Below are positions 27,323 to 41,047 of a DNA stretch of 64,000 nt, piece by piece. The stretch is taken from assembly GCA_964016885.1 (NCBI GenBank), contig OZ024761.1:13578001-13642000 (forward strand), in the 5' to 3' direction. Made by a program: the position numbers and the translations under genes. Every line of letters starts with the position of its first letter. Positions within the stretch are counted from its first letter, which is position 1. The notes under the pieces were generated by a model, which was given only the letters and a program-made list of their open reading frames with translations, did not search any database and was not told the DNA's origin. Origin of the DNA: Eledone cirrhosa. Lineage: Eukaryota.

Positions 27323-28260
27323 TTAAGACTCTTTTCCTACTATATCAAGTGTAAAACTAATATATTTCTTCATTGTACTGTGTTGTTTGCCTTTTGCATA
27401 CATACAAACATATATATATATTACTTCAAGATATTAATAAATATAGACATTCATGTGATCAAATATATTTTATTATACATATTTCAGAGGTACTGAGCTA
27501 TTTCAACAGTACGTCCTCATCAGATAAAATAACTTGATGCCTGACATACCTTGACTATGTTGATGGTTATAATTTAGTCATGGCAGTCAACAGAAAACCT
27601 TACGGTAGAGTGCTTCTAATCTATTGTGTAACTTTATTCATTGAACCTTGTTAAACTTTTAATTATATATATATATATACATCTGTGTGTGTATGTGTGT
27701 ATATCGATTGAATCTATGAGATTTTCATGTTATTTATTTTGAGAACAATAACTTAACATTAGTATGAGCGGCCAGATACAACCAGTTTGAACAGAAGAGG
27801 TGAGAGAATTCTGGCTGCATACAGCCGGTTTAAATGCTAAAGAATTAAATATCCTATGGTCACAAGGTAAGACATAGTCGTCCCCCACCCCCACCACCAC
27901 ACACCTCATCAGAAAATATTTAATTCCTCTCAATGAGCCAACAAAAGTCCTGGCCAAATTTCATTTAAGAAACCATTAAGAGGGCAATCCTCTTATCTAG
28001 AGATAGCTATGATGACTAGCACATGATTTCATTTTATATGTGACTGATTTCTAAGGTAGATCTCAGCTGCAGGTGAAAAAAAATCTTAGTTGCTACCGGT
28101 GAAGCTTTTAACAGCTATAGTTGTATAGGTGGATATGGTTGACTAACTCTTTAGCATTTACATTACTCTATATATACTATTGTATTTTTGTGGTAAAGGA
28201 TTTAACTCACATAGCATTTATATTAGTATATATATATACTATTGTGTTTTCATGGTAAAA

Positions 28261-28913
28261 GAAACAGGACCACGACCCGTTCCAGTCGAAGAGTCCACTG
28301 GCCCAAGGAACTCTTCCAAACTTTAATCATATGAACTGGCCACTGGAGCCTTTTTGGGAAACAAACTCTGCCAAACTGTTTTCATGTGAACTGGTCACTG
28401 GAGCCTTTTTTTTGTTTTTCTCTTTATTGTATTACTATGTACCTTTTCTTTACCATTTCATATATGAACCCCTTGCGTTGATATTTCATGCCTGTGCTGG
28501 GAGCCATGCTTGTGGGTTCGCTACAGTTACCTTCGGGCTTTTCGCCAAGCGCCTGGAGGAGGGTACTGTAGCAGCCCCTTACGGCTGTGACTCAGCATGT
28601 ATAGGAGTTACGTCCCTTTGCGGCGGGCGCGACTCCCAGCGGCAGATTCATGTACTAAACGGAGTTGCGTCCCCCTGGGGACTATATAGTCGAGGACAAT
28701 CAAGCCATAAAACACTCTACTCCTGAACGTCGAAGGGACAAGAACACCTGAGACCTTGTCAAGAGATGACTCCTGTTTCACTTCCTTCGCACCCAAGAAG
28801 AACACTGGCAGCCTAAAGAAACACTTGAACCTTACCAAGAGAAGATTTTCTGTTCTCCTCCACACACTCCAGTCTGGGAGTTGTGACCACCTGAACATCA
28901 ACATGTGGTAACA
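28261..28913 (+). mobile_element. Gypsy LTR retrotransposon 3' fragment: end of pol, polypurine tract and 3' LTR (28567-28913)
   Basis: NRTTTRSSRRVHWPKEL* resembles the TRSGRRVHWP-type Gypsy integrase tail. PPT ggaggaggg lies just before TGTAGCAG. The LTR ends TGGTAACA and has a TATA-like ctatatag at about 28682. Confidence 0.75.
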
Positions 28914-29114
28914 ATTCTTTATAACAATTTATTTGACTTCTGTGAAGTAAAACCATGTCACAACTCACACCTGCATTTATTGTCATTCTTGATAATATTT
29001 ATATACTGATACTAATTTCCTAAAGCTTTATCTCATAATTATCTCGAGTCTATGAGATTATGATGATGTTATTATTTAATTTTAAGAACGATATCTTAAG
29101 ATCGGTGTGAGCTG

Positions 29115-31135
29115 CTAGTTGCTTTTTGTTGACACCTACCTGACCACTTTACAGTGTGGACTGGGTGCTTTTTGTTGTGACACCTACACGACCACTTTAT
29201 AGTGTGGACTAGGTGCTTTTTGTTGTGACACCTACACGACCACTTTATAGTGTGGACTAGGTGCTTTTTGTTGTGACACCTACACGACCACTTTATAGTG
29301 TGGACTGGATGCTTTTTGTTGTGACACCTACATGACCACTTTACAGTGTGGACTGGGTGCTTTTTGTTGTGACACCTACACGACCACTTTATAGTGTGGA
29401 CTAGGTGCTTTTTGTTGTGACACCTACACAACCACTTTATAGTGTGGATTGGGTGCTTTTTGTTGTGACACCTACACGACCACTTTACAGTGTGGACTGG
29501 GTGCTTTTTGTTGTGACACCTACACGACCACTTTATAGTGTGGACTAGGTGCTTTTTGTTGTGACACCTACACGACCACTTTATAGTGTGGACTGGATGC
29601 TTTTTGTTGTGACACCTACACAACCACTTTACAGTGTGGACTCGGTGCTTTTTGTTGTGACACCTACACGACCACTTTATAGTGTGGACTAGGTGCTTTT
29701 TGTTGTGACACCTACACAACCACTTTATAGTGTGGACTAGGTGCTTTTTGTTGTGACACCTACACAACCACTTTATAGTGTGGACTGGGTGCTTTTTGTT
29801 GTGACACCTACACGACCACTTTATAGTGTGGACTAGGTGCTTTTTGTTGTGACACCTACACGACCACTTTATAGTGTGGACTGGATGCTTTTTGTTGTGA
29901 CACCTACACAACCACTTTACAGTGTGGACTGGGTGCTTTTTGTTGTGACACCTACACGACCACTTTATAGTGTGGACTAGGTGCTTTTTGTTGTGACACC
30001 TACACGACCACTTTATAGTGTGGACTGGGTGCTTTTTGTTGTGACACCTACACGACCACTTTATAGTGTGGACTAGGTGCTTTTTGTTGTGACACCTACA
30101 CAACCACTTTATAGTGTGGACTAGGTGCTTTTTGTTGTGACACCTACACAACCACTTTATAGTGTGGACTAGGTGCTTTTTGTTGTGACACCTACACGAC
30201 CACTTTATAGTGTGGACTGGATGCTTTTTGTTGTGACACCTACATGACCACTTTACAGTGTGGACTGGGTGCTTTTTGTTGTGACACCTACACGACCACT
30301 TTATAGTGTGGACTAGGTGCTTTTTGTTGTGACACCTACACGACCACTTTATAGTGTGGACTGGGTGCTTTTTGTTGTGACACCTACACGACCACTTTAC
30401 AGTGTGGACTGGGTGCTTTTTGTTGTGACACCTACACGACCACTTTATAGTGTGGACTAGGTGCTTTTTGTTGTGACACCTACACGACCACTTTATAGTG
30501 TGGACTGGATGCTTTTTGTTGTGACACCTACACAACCACTTTACAGTGTGGACTGGGTGCTTTTTGTTGTGACACCTACACGACCACTTTATAGTGTGGA
30601 CTAGGTGCTTTTTGTTGTGACACCTACACAACCACTTTATAGTGTGGACTAGGTGCTTTTTGTTGTGACACCTACACAACCACTTTATAGTGTGGACTGG
30701 GTGCTTTTTGTTGTGACACCTACACGACCACTTTATAGTGTGGACTAGGTGCTTTTTGTTGTGACACCTACACGACCACTTTATAGTGTGGACTGGATGC
30801 TTTTTGTTGTGACACCTACACAACCACTTTACAGTGTGGACTGGGTGCTTTTTGTTGTGACACCTACACGACCACTTTATAGTGTGGACTAGGTGCTTTT
30901 TGTTGTGACACCTACACGACCACTTTATAGTGTGGACTGGGTGCTTTTTGTTGTGACACCTACACGACCACTTTATAGTGTGGACTAGGTGCTTTTTGTT
31001 GTGACACCTACACAACCACTTTATAGTGTGGACTAGGTGCTTTTTGTTGTGACACCTACACAACCACTTTATAGTGTGGACTGGGTGCTTTTTGTTGTGA
31101 CACCTACACGACCACTTTACAGTTTGGACTAGGGG
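29115..31135. repeat. 48-bp satellite (about 42 copies) derived from an RTE 3' UTR
   Basis: Unit ctgggtgctttttgttgtgacacctacacgaccactttatagtgtgga. Its reverse complement matches the RTE/SINE 3' UTR segments at about 3218-3275, 46623-46680 and 47898-47943. Confidence 0.95.
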
Positions 31136-31147
31136 CTTATTATTATT

Positions 31148-31750
31148 ATGGCGGTGGATTGGCAGTATCGGTAGAGGGTCGGACGCCATGCTTTCCAGCA
31201 TAGTTACGTCCCTTTACGATCTGAGTTCAAATCCCGCCGAGGTTGACTTTGCCTTTCATCCTTACGGGGTCGATAAAATAAAGTACCAGTAATGTACTGG
31301 GTCATTGCTGGCCTTGTGTCTAAAGTAGAAACAATTATTATGGCTAAAAATAATATTTCAATTCCATATCTACTGTTTAAGGGAAGTAGATTGGGGGTAG
31401 AATGGGTAGAGCGTCAGACATGCTTTGCATCATATAGTTACGTCCCTTTACGGTCTGAGTTCAAAACATGCCGAGGTTAGTTTTGCCTTTGATCCTTATA
31501 TGGTCAATAAAATAAAGTACCAGTAATGCACTGGGGAACGAATTAATTGACTTTCCCACTACCCTAAAACTGTTGGCCTTGTGTCTAAATCAGAAACCAG
31601 TCGGACGCCATGCTTTGCAGCACAGAGTTACGGCCTTTTACATTCTGAGTTCAAAACCCGCCGAGGTTAGCTTTGCCTTTCACCCTTATATGGTCAATAT
31701 AAAATAAAGTACCAGTAATACACTTGTGCTAAAGGTAGAAACAATTACTA
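31148..31750 (+). mobile_element. Three tandem tRNA-related SINE copies
   Basis: Repeated ctgagttcaaa...ctttgcctttcatccttacggggtcgataaaataaagtaccagt blocks. Confidence 0.85.
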
Positions 31751-32195
31751 CTATTAGAATTATTTAGAATTTCTTGTCAGAAAAAAAAAAAAAAAAAGGT
31801 AAAGATTTTGTTTGTATGTTAATATTTTTATTAAATTTTTTTTTTTTGTTAATTTCTACTTTTCTTTCAAATGTTTCTTTCTTTCTTTATTTATTTATTT
31901 ATTTATTCAAAAATCCTTTTATTTTGTTTACATTTCAAATACAAAAAAAAAATTTTTTTTTTTTTTTTCAAAAAGGGAGAAAAAAAAGGACAAACACACA
32001 CACATGTAAAGTCTTTTGTCATGTCATTCTCATCTCCATCATGTTCACAGTATGGAGGTGTGTGAGATAGGAAGAAGAAGAAAAAAAAAGAAATTCATAA
32101 GGTATTTTTTTTTCAGTTTAAATATCAGAATCAGTCTATAATAAATATATATTAATGTGTGTGTGAGTGTTATATATATATATATATATGTATAT

Positions 32196-32226
<31 letters not shown>

Positions 32227-32326
32227 ATATATTATATATATATACATATGTATAAATATATATGTATATATATTATATATATAAATGTATATATATATAT
32301 ATATATATATGTGTATATATATATAA

Positions 32327-32370
<44 letters not shown>

Positions 32371-32418
32371 ATATATATATATATATAAATGTATATATAT
32401 ATATATATAAATGTATAT

Positions 32419-32519
<101 letters not shown>

Positions 32520-33219
32520 ATACATACAGGCAGATAAAGCTAATACACAAACACACACATGCATATGTATATGTGTATATGTACATATGTATATGCAGCG
32601 AAAGTGTCCATGAGAGGGAAATAGGAAAGGAACACTCTATCTAGTGAAAAAGAGCTAATTTATCATAATTCATACATATAACTTGTATTAGGCTACCATA
32701 GGTTTCAAGGCATAGGCATGGAAGTTCTGTAACATGCATGCCTAATTTGTCAGGTGTAAAGCGAAATGTCTTAACAAGATCTCGTTCAGACACTGCCATG
32801 GACAGTCTGGAGATGTTGCCACGCATGTGCCATGAAACCTGAGGTAGTATAATAAATATTACATGTATGACTCATAATATATGTATATATGTGTATATAT
32901 CTATATATCTATATGTATGTATATATATGTGTGTGTGTGTGTGTGCACATATACACACACATATATACATATACATATATACTATACATATATATATACA
33001 TATACACTACATATATACTATATATATATACATATATACTATATACATATATAGTATATATATATATACACATACACACTACATATATACATATATACAA
33101 TATATATACATACACATATACTATATATATACAATATATATACATATACATGTATATATACATATACATGTAATACATGTATATGTACACATGAATGTGT
33201 GTATGTACATATACATGCG

Positions 33220-33317
<98 letters not shown>

Positions 33318-33808
33318 CAGATAAATATGAAAGTAAATAGACAAACAGACAGACAGAATATTTAGATACATTGACAGTTAAAAAGATGCGTAGACACCTG
33401 GACAGGTATATTAATATTTAGATAGATAGTTAGATAAATAGACATGCAGATATCGATATAAAAATTGGTTAGCAAAGACTATACATGGAGTAAAACTGGT
33501 AGAGTCGGTGGTGTGGGGTGGTGGTGGGGGTGAGGGAGAGGCAAGTCAGACATATACACACAACATATGTATATAAATAGGTACATACATGCATGCACAA
33601 CATACACACACTCACACACATATGTATATATATATATACACACACACACACACATGTGTGTATGTATGTACATATGCACACACACACATATATATATATA
33701 CATGTATAAGTGTATGTATGTTTATATATATATATATATATATATATACATACACACACATGTATATGTGTATGTATATATATATATATACACACACACA
33801 CATGTATA

Positions 33809-33840
<32 letters not shown>

Positions 33841-33897
33841 CAGACACATGTATATGTGTATGTACACACACACACACACACATGTATATGTGTGTGT

Positions 33898-33948
<51 letters not shown>

Positions 33949-35050
33949 CATATATATATGGGGTCCTTTCGAGGTGAGAATAGGGCTAGGGATGACCAGT
34001 GTATAAGGGAGAAAGATTAGTGGGGGCAAGGGGAACAAGGAAGATGGGGGTGAGGAGAGGGACTAAGGACAAGGAGAGGGTCACATAAATAGGTTTAAAA
34101 TATATGATAGGTAGGGGACAATGATATTGAGGAAGATAATCAAAGTTTGTATCCCATCGAGGTTGATACAGTGTTTAAGGCCAGGGTGGGTCAGGTTTGA
34201 CATCTTTGTATTTTACCCCACACACTGACTTCAAATTAAATCACATTGACTCTCATATCCAAGTCTTGCGATACTTTCATCCTTTCCAGTGTTGACAAAA
34301 TATGATACCAGTTATTTACTGGGGTTGATTTAATCAACTACTCCTATCTCATCTCATCTCTCTCTCTACAAATATCAACCCATTGTTAGACGAATCCCCA
34401 GTTGCCATCAGTACTCATTTTCAGCTGAAGGACATGGAACAATGTGAAATGAAGTGCCTTGCTCAAGGACACAATCTATCATCCAGTCTGAGAACTGAAA
34501 CTGTGACCCCACAATATTATGACCATGAACTCAACATCATAACTAAGCTACTCAGCATGAAATATAACCATGAATTCAACATCATAACTAGGCAACATGC
34601 CATCAATTATGACTGGAAACTCAACATCCTAACTAGGCTACACACTATCACACTAAAGTAAAAAAAAAAAAAAAAATAAAGTTAAATAGATTGGTCAGTC
34701 ATGAAGTAGAAGAGAATAAAGAGGGTTAGTTAATATTTCATTAGATTGAGAGAGAAGATTCCCTCCCCTGGACAGGGCACCAGTCCATTGGAGAGATAGA
34801 GAGAGAGAGAGAGAGAGAGGTGTGACCCAAAGGTACACATTTAGAATTTTCAGGTAACATTTTATAATGTTTGCATGAGCTGGCCGAGATTCAACCATAT
34901 CCTGGCTTCATAGGTGTTAATTGCCTGAGAGTAGACTTTCCACCCTTGTGGGCAGAACACCTGAAGGCTACTGCTGCCTCATATCTTATTTTAAGACTTC
35001 TGCTAGTCTTCCCCATCCCCCACATCACACTAACTTATTCTACTTTTTAA

Positions 35051-35359
35051 CCCTTTCAAAACCTTTTCAAAACTGCCTGAAACCTCCCCTGGTTTAATGA
35101 TAGAAAGATGTATTTTTTATATTTTAAAGTATATTTCTTTTTTATCTAAAAACCTTCCATCATAATTTTTACTTAACCTTTGTTAAGTTATGTTCCAAAC
35201 AACAGTTTGATGATGAAAAGTTAGTAATATCATTAAATCCTTCCGACTTCCAAATTTTTGATTATTTTCAAAATTAATTAAAAAAAAAAAAAAAAAAGTA
35301 CAACAAAACACACACAACCGTAGGAAGTGTTTTTCATAAGAAATATGGTTATGAAAGGG
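35051..35359. mobile_element. Second piggyBac-type MITE family
   Basis: TTAA|CCCTTT ... AAAGGG|TTAA. Related internal segments at about 50180-50815 and 51300-51420. Confidence 0.65.
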
Positions 35360-35714
35360 TTAAACTGTTTAAATTTTACCAAATGCTGACACTGACCTTT
35401 ACTAATGGTCCCTTAAATTTTCCCCAACCACTCAGTCTTGGGGGAAGCATGGGGTGGTGGAAGATGAAGGGTGGTCTTCAACAGTCAATTTAGTTCATTA
35501 CACTTCTGTTCTCTCTGATCATCATCATCATTTTTTAGTCCAAGTAAGGTTTTTTTTTATATGTGGTGATGTGTTGACATATCACCACAAAGCCACACAT
35601 CCAACCATCCCATTTAGCTTTTGAAAATCAGACAAATGTAAAACTGGTAAAAGTATCATTAATAAATCTTCTTAATGACTCCAATAGCATTTTCAACTTC
35701 TTTTTCCTATATAT

Positions 35715-36185
35715 ATCCAGGGAGTGTAACAAGAAGTTACTGTAGGTTCACCCAGGTGAACACTCAATGTTTAGGTTCACATCAGTATCGAGGTGTAGAG
35801 CTAGACAGAGTGTAATATAATAATAGAAGAACAAATAGTTACTCCTTCATTACGTTTCGCCCGAAAAGGGCTTCCCAGGGGCATAGAAAACTACAGAGTG
35901 TTGAGTACAGGACCCAGAAGGGGTTTTAAAGTGATACATACTTGGTTGGTGACTCGTGTTTCGCTACTGATCAGCGCAAGGTTCAATCTATATCGATCTG
36001 GCCAGACTCTGGAATCAAAAGCTCGTTGGATTCTGTCATTACTTCCACAGAGGTCCAATGAGCTTTTAATTCCAGAGTCAGGCCAGAGCGATACAGATCG
36101 AACCTTGAGCTGATCAGTAACGAAACATGCGTCACCAACCAATAAATGTAATGAAGGAGTAACCATTCGTCCTTCTATTATTATA
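35715..36185. mobile_element. Penelope-like terminal-repeat remnant with nested inverted repeats
   Basis: Hairpin with arms of about 90 bp at 35942-36143, nested in a second inverted pair (35815-35852 vs 36148-36185). Contains GAAAC-ATGC-GTC and a degenerate CTG-GGA-A-GCCC..GGGC-GAAACGTA core on the minus strand. Confidence 0.55.
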
Positions 36186-36385
36186 TATATATATATTGCT
36201 ATACTTGGGGAGGGTCATATTGTTATAATATTGCCAGAAATAATAACAGAACTGTTTGGTTCGGATTGGTTTTCGCTTCTGTATCTTTTATATCTCCATA
36301 GTTAATTTATTTGGCAATCAATGTTTATCATTGATTGACCAGCGGTTAAAAATACAGATATAAATATATATATATATATATATAT

Positions 36386-36436
36386 AGTCTATCAAAGTTC
36401 TTTCGTCACACATCTGCGACATCATCAGTGGTACTA
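36386..36436 (-). ncRNA. Degenerate minimal hammerhead motif
   Basis: Minus strand: TACCA CTGATGA T GTCGCA GATG TGTGAC GAAA GAAC TT TGATA. Stem II has 6 bp, stem I is 4/5 paired and stem III is minimal. Confidence 0.5.
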
Positions 36437-36595
36437 TTATATTTCCTCCTATTGTATTGTATTGTATGTCTACGCCATTTTGATTTATATATCATCATCA
36501 TCACCACCATCGTTTAACGTCCATCTTCCACGCTAGCATGGGTTAGACGGGAATTGTCCCACTTGAGGCAAGGTTGGTCGGGTGACCGTGTCTCG

Positions 36596-36633
<38 letters not shown>

Positions 36634-36964
36634 TATATATATATATAGATATATAGATATATATATATATATATATAGATATATATATATAGATATATAT
36701 ATATAGATATATATATATATATATAGAGATATATAGATATATATATATATATATATATATATAGATATATATATAGAGATATATAGATATATATATATAT
36801 ATATATAGATATATATATATAGATATATAGATATATAGATATATATATATATATATATATAGATATATATATATAGATATATAGATATATATATATATAT
36901 ATAGATATATATATATAGATATATAGATATATATATATATATATATATATAGATATATATATAT

Positions 36965-36999
<35 letters not shown>

Positions 37000-37361
37000 T
37001 ATATATATATAGATATATAGATATATATATATATATATATAGATATATATATAGATATATAGATATATAGATATATATATATATATAGATATATATATAT
37101 AGATATATATATAGATATATAAGGAAAAGAAATTGAAAATGCAACTGGGGTCTTTTAAGAATATTTATCTACTTTACTTGTTTCACAGGTCTGATGATTA
37201 TCAAAAGTAAAATTGAGATGGAGGGGCTGTGTTCTATTGCAGTACTACCATATTAGTTTCTGTCCCTTGTGGTTTGAACGCATATAGTTATATATCTGTG
37301 TTTGTCTCTCTTTACTGTGTATATATATATGTATATATATATATATATATATATACATATA

Positions 37362-37403
<42 letters not shown>

Positions 37404-37546
37404 TATGTATATATATGTATATATATATGTATATATATATGTATATATATATGTATATATATATGTATATATATATGTATATATATATGTATATATATAT
37501 GTATATATATATATGTATATGTATATATATATATGTATATGTATAT

Positions 37547-37578
<32 letters not shown>

Positions 37579-37613
37579 GTGTATATATATATATATGTGT
37601 ATATATATATATA

Positions 37614-37690
<77 letters not shown>

Positions 37691-37697
37691 GTGTATA

Positions 37698-37744
<47 letters not shown>

Positions 37745-37831
37745 GTGTATATATATGTATATATATATATATATGTGTGTATATATATGTATATATATAT
37801 GTGTATATATATGTATATATATATGTGTATA

Positions 37832-37874
<43 letters not shown>

Positions 37875-37895
37875 ATATATATATATATGTATATA

Positions 37896-37978
<83 letters not shown>

Positions 37979-38007
37979 GTATATATATATATATGTATAT
38001 ATATATG

Positions 38008-38084
<77 letters not shown>

Positions 38085-38179
38085 CATCATCATCATTTTA
38101 CGTCCGCTTCTCCCTGCTTGCAAGGCTGTGACATTTATATATATGTGTGTATATATGTATATATGCGTGCGTATATATG

Positions 38180-38240
<61 letters not shown>

Positions 38241-38896
38241 ATATATATATATGTGTGTGTGTGTGTAAAGACCGAACCCATCCTCATTACCCACCCACAA
38301 CCCTTACTATTACCACCCCTCATTATAACCTCCATTGACATCACCATCACCATCATCACTATTACCACCACCACTACCCCCCCCCCCCCCCCCCATCAAC
38401 ACCATCATCATGGACATCACCATCATCACCAATGTTATCTTCATGCCCCTTACCACCACCATCCACTATAATCATCATCATCATCATCAAATCAATGAAA
38501 TGGAGAGAGGGTGGGGGTGGGGGTGGAGAGGTAGTAGTAAGAGTAGTAGTAGTATTATCAGTAGTAGTTGTTGCAATGGTAGTACTAGTAGTAGTAGTAT
38601 GTATATAGTAATAGTAGTAGTAGTGTGTATGTTGTAGTAGTAGTAGTAGTGTGTATGTTGTTGTAGTAGTAGTAGTAGTGTGTATGTTGTAGTAGTAGTA
38701 GTAGTGTGTATGTTGTAGTAGTAGTAGTAGTGTGTATGTTGTAGTAGTAGTAGTAGTAGTGTGTATGTTGTAGTAGTAGTAGTAGTATGTTGTAGTAGTA
38801 GTAGTAGTGTGTATGTAGTAGTAGTAGTAGTGTGTATGTATGTAATATTATAAAGAACTTGGTACTGCCCTATTAGAGAACGCACACATACAAACA

Positions 38897-38928
<32 letters not shown>

Positions 38929-38952
38929 TACTAACTGATAGTCACCTATCTA

Positions 38953-40285
38953 CCTTTACATTACTCTGTATTTACTATTGTATTTTCATGGTAAAGGCTT
39001 TATCTCACATAACATTTACATTACTCTATATATACTATTGTATTTTCACAGTAAAGGCTTTACCTCACATAATATCTCACATAACATTTACATTACTCTA
39101 TATATACTATTGTATTTTCACAGCAAAGGCTTTACCTCACATAATATCTCACATAACATTTACATTACTCTATATATACTATTGTATTTTCACAGTGAAG
39201 GCTTTACCTCACATAATATCTCACATAACATTTACATTACTCTATAGATACTATTGTATTTTCATGGTAAAGGCTTTACCTCACATAATATCTCACATAA
39301 CATTTACATTACTCTATATATACTATTGTATTTTCACAGCAAAGGCTTTACCTCACATAATATCTCACATAACATTTACATTACTCTATATATACTATTG
39401 TATTTTCACAGTAAAGGCTTTACCTCACATAATATCTCACATAACATTTACATTACTCTATATATACTATTGTATTTTCACAGTGAAGGCTTTACCTCAC
39501 ATAATATCTCACATAACATTTACATTACTCTATAGATACTATTGTATTTTCATGGTAAAGGCTTTACCTCACATAATATCTCACATAACATTTACATTAC
39601 TCTATATATACTATTGTATTTTCATGGTAAAGGCTTTACCTCACATAATATCTCACATAACATTTACATTACTCTATAGATACTATTGTATTTTCATGGT
39701 AAAGGCTTTACCTCACATAATATCTCACATAACATTTACATTACTCTATATATACTATTGTATTTTCACAGTGAAGGCTTTACCTCACATAATATCTCAC
39801 ATAACATTTACATTACTCTATATATACTATTGTATTTTCATGGTAAAGGCTTTACCTCACATAATATCTCACATAACATTTACATTACTCTATATATACT
39901 ATTGTATTTTCATGGTAAAGGCTTTATCTCACATAATATCTCACATAGCATTTACATTACTCTATATATACTATTGTATTTTCACAGTGAAGGCTTTACC
40001 TCACATAATATCTCACATAACATTTACATTACTCTATATATACTATTGTATTTTCATGGTAAAGGCTTTACCTCACATAATATCTCACATAACATTTACA
40101 TTACTCTATATATACTATTGTATTTTCATGGTAAAGGCTTTATCTCACATAATATCGAATCTATGAGATTTTGAAAGTATTTATTTTGAGAACAATACCT
40201 TAACATCAGTATGAGTGGCCAGTTACAGCCAGTTTCAACAGAAAGAGGTGAGAGAATTCTGGCCGGTTTGAACACTAAAGGGTTA
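38953..40285. repeat. 72-bp satellite (about 17 copies) amplified from the end of a piggyBac-type MITE, followed by the rest of the MITE
   Basis: Unit catttacattactctatatatactattgtattttcacagtaaaggctttacctcacataatatctcacataa equals the MITE subterminal sequence. The array runs into atatcgaatctatgag...ctaaagggTTAA. Confidence 0.93.
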
Positions 40286-40420
40286 ACTACTAATTAGAAA
40301 GTCACAGCGCTAAGTACACCACACCTTTGACACAACCAGGGTAGATGTCCCTCACTCTCTCTGTCTTTCTATATATCTGTTGATCTATCTTCCCCTGTCT
40401 GTATCTATCTATCTACATCT

Positions 40421-40970
40421 AGTATGGAGTGGAGTGAAAGTATGGAGTGGAGTGAAAGTATGGAGTGGAGTGAAAGTATGGAGTGGAGTGAAAGTATGGA
40501 GTAGAGTGAAAGTATGGAGTGGAGTGAAAGTATGGAGTGGAGTGAAAGTATGGAGTGGAGTGAAAGTATGGAGTGGAGTGAAAGTATGGAGTGGAGTGAA
40601 AGTATGGAGTGGAGTGAAAGTATGGAGTGGAGTGAAAGTATGGAGTAGAGTGAAAGTATGGAGTGGAGTGAAAGTATGGAGTGGAGTGAAAGTATGGAGT
40701 GGAGTGAAAGTATGGAGTGGAGTGAAAGTATGGAGTGGAGTGAAAGTATGGAGTGGAGTGAAAGTATGGAGTGGAGTGAAAGTATGGAGTGGAGTGAAAG
40801 TATGGAGTGGAGTGAAAGTATGGAGTGGAGTGAAAGTATGGAGTGGAGTGAAAGTATGGAGTGGAGTGACAGTATGGAGTGGAGTGACAGTATGGAGTGG
40901 AGTGAAAGTATGGAGTGGAGTGAAAGGTTGGAGTGGAATTAAAGTATGGAGTGGAATTAAAGAATGGAGT
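40421..40970. repeat. 18-bp minisatellite (agtatggagtggagtgaa), about 30 copies
   Basis: Direct inspection. Confidence 0.98.
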
Positions 40971-41047
40971 TGAGAGAAAGGTTGAGGATGAGTGAAAGGT
41001 TGGAGTGAAAGTATGGCTGTTGATGAGAAAAAAAAGAAATGCCTCCC

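Noticed and set aside
29096-31201. 701-aa Cys/His-rich repeat ORF resembling a metal-binding protein
   Set aside because: It is a 48-bp satellite derived from an RTE 3' UTR, and the start codon lies in an adjacent SINE.
37185-37210. CTGATGA as a hammerhead core or snoRNA box
   Set aside because: No stem II-GAAA or paired stem I follows it, and no convincing C/D box arrangement was seen.
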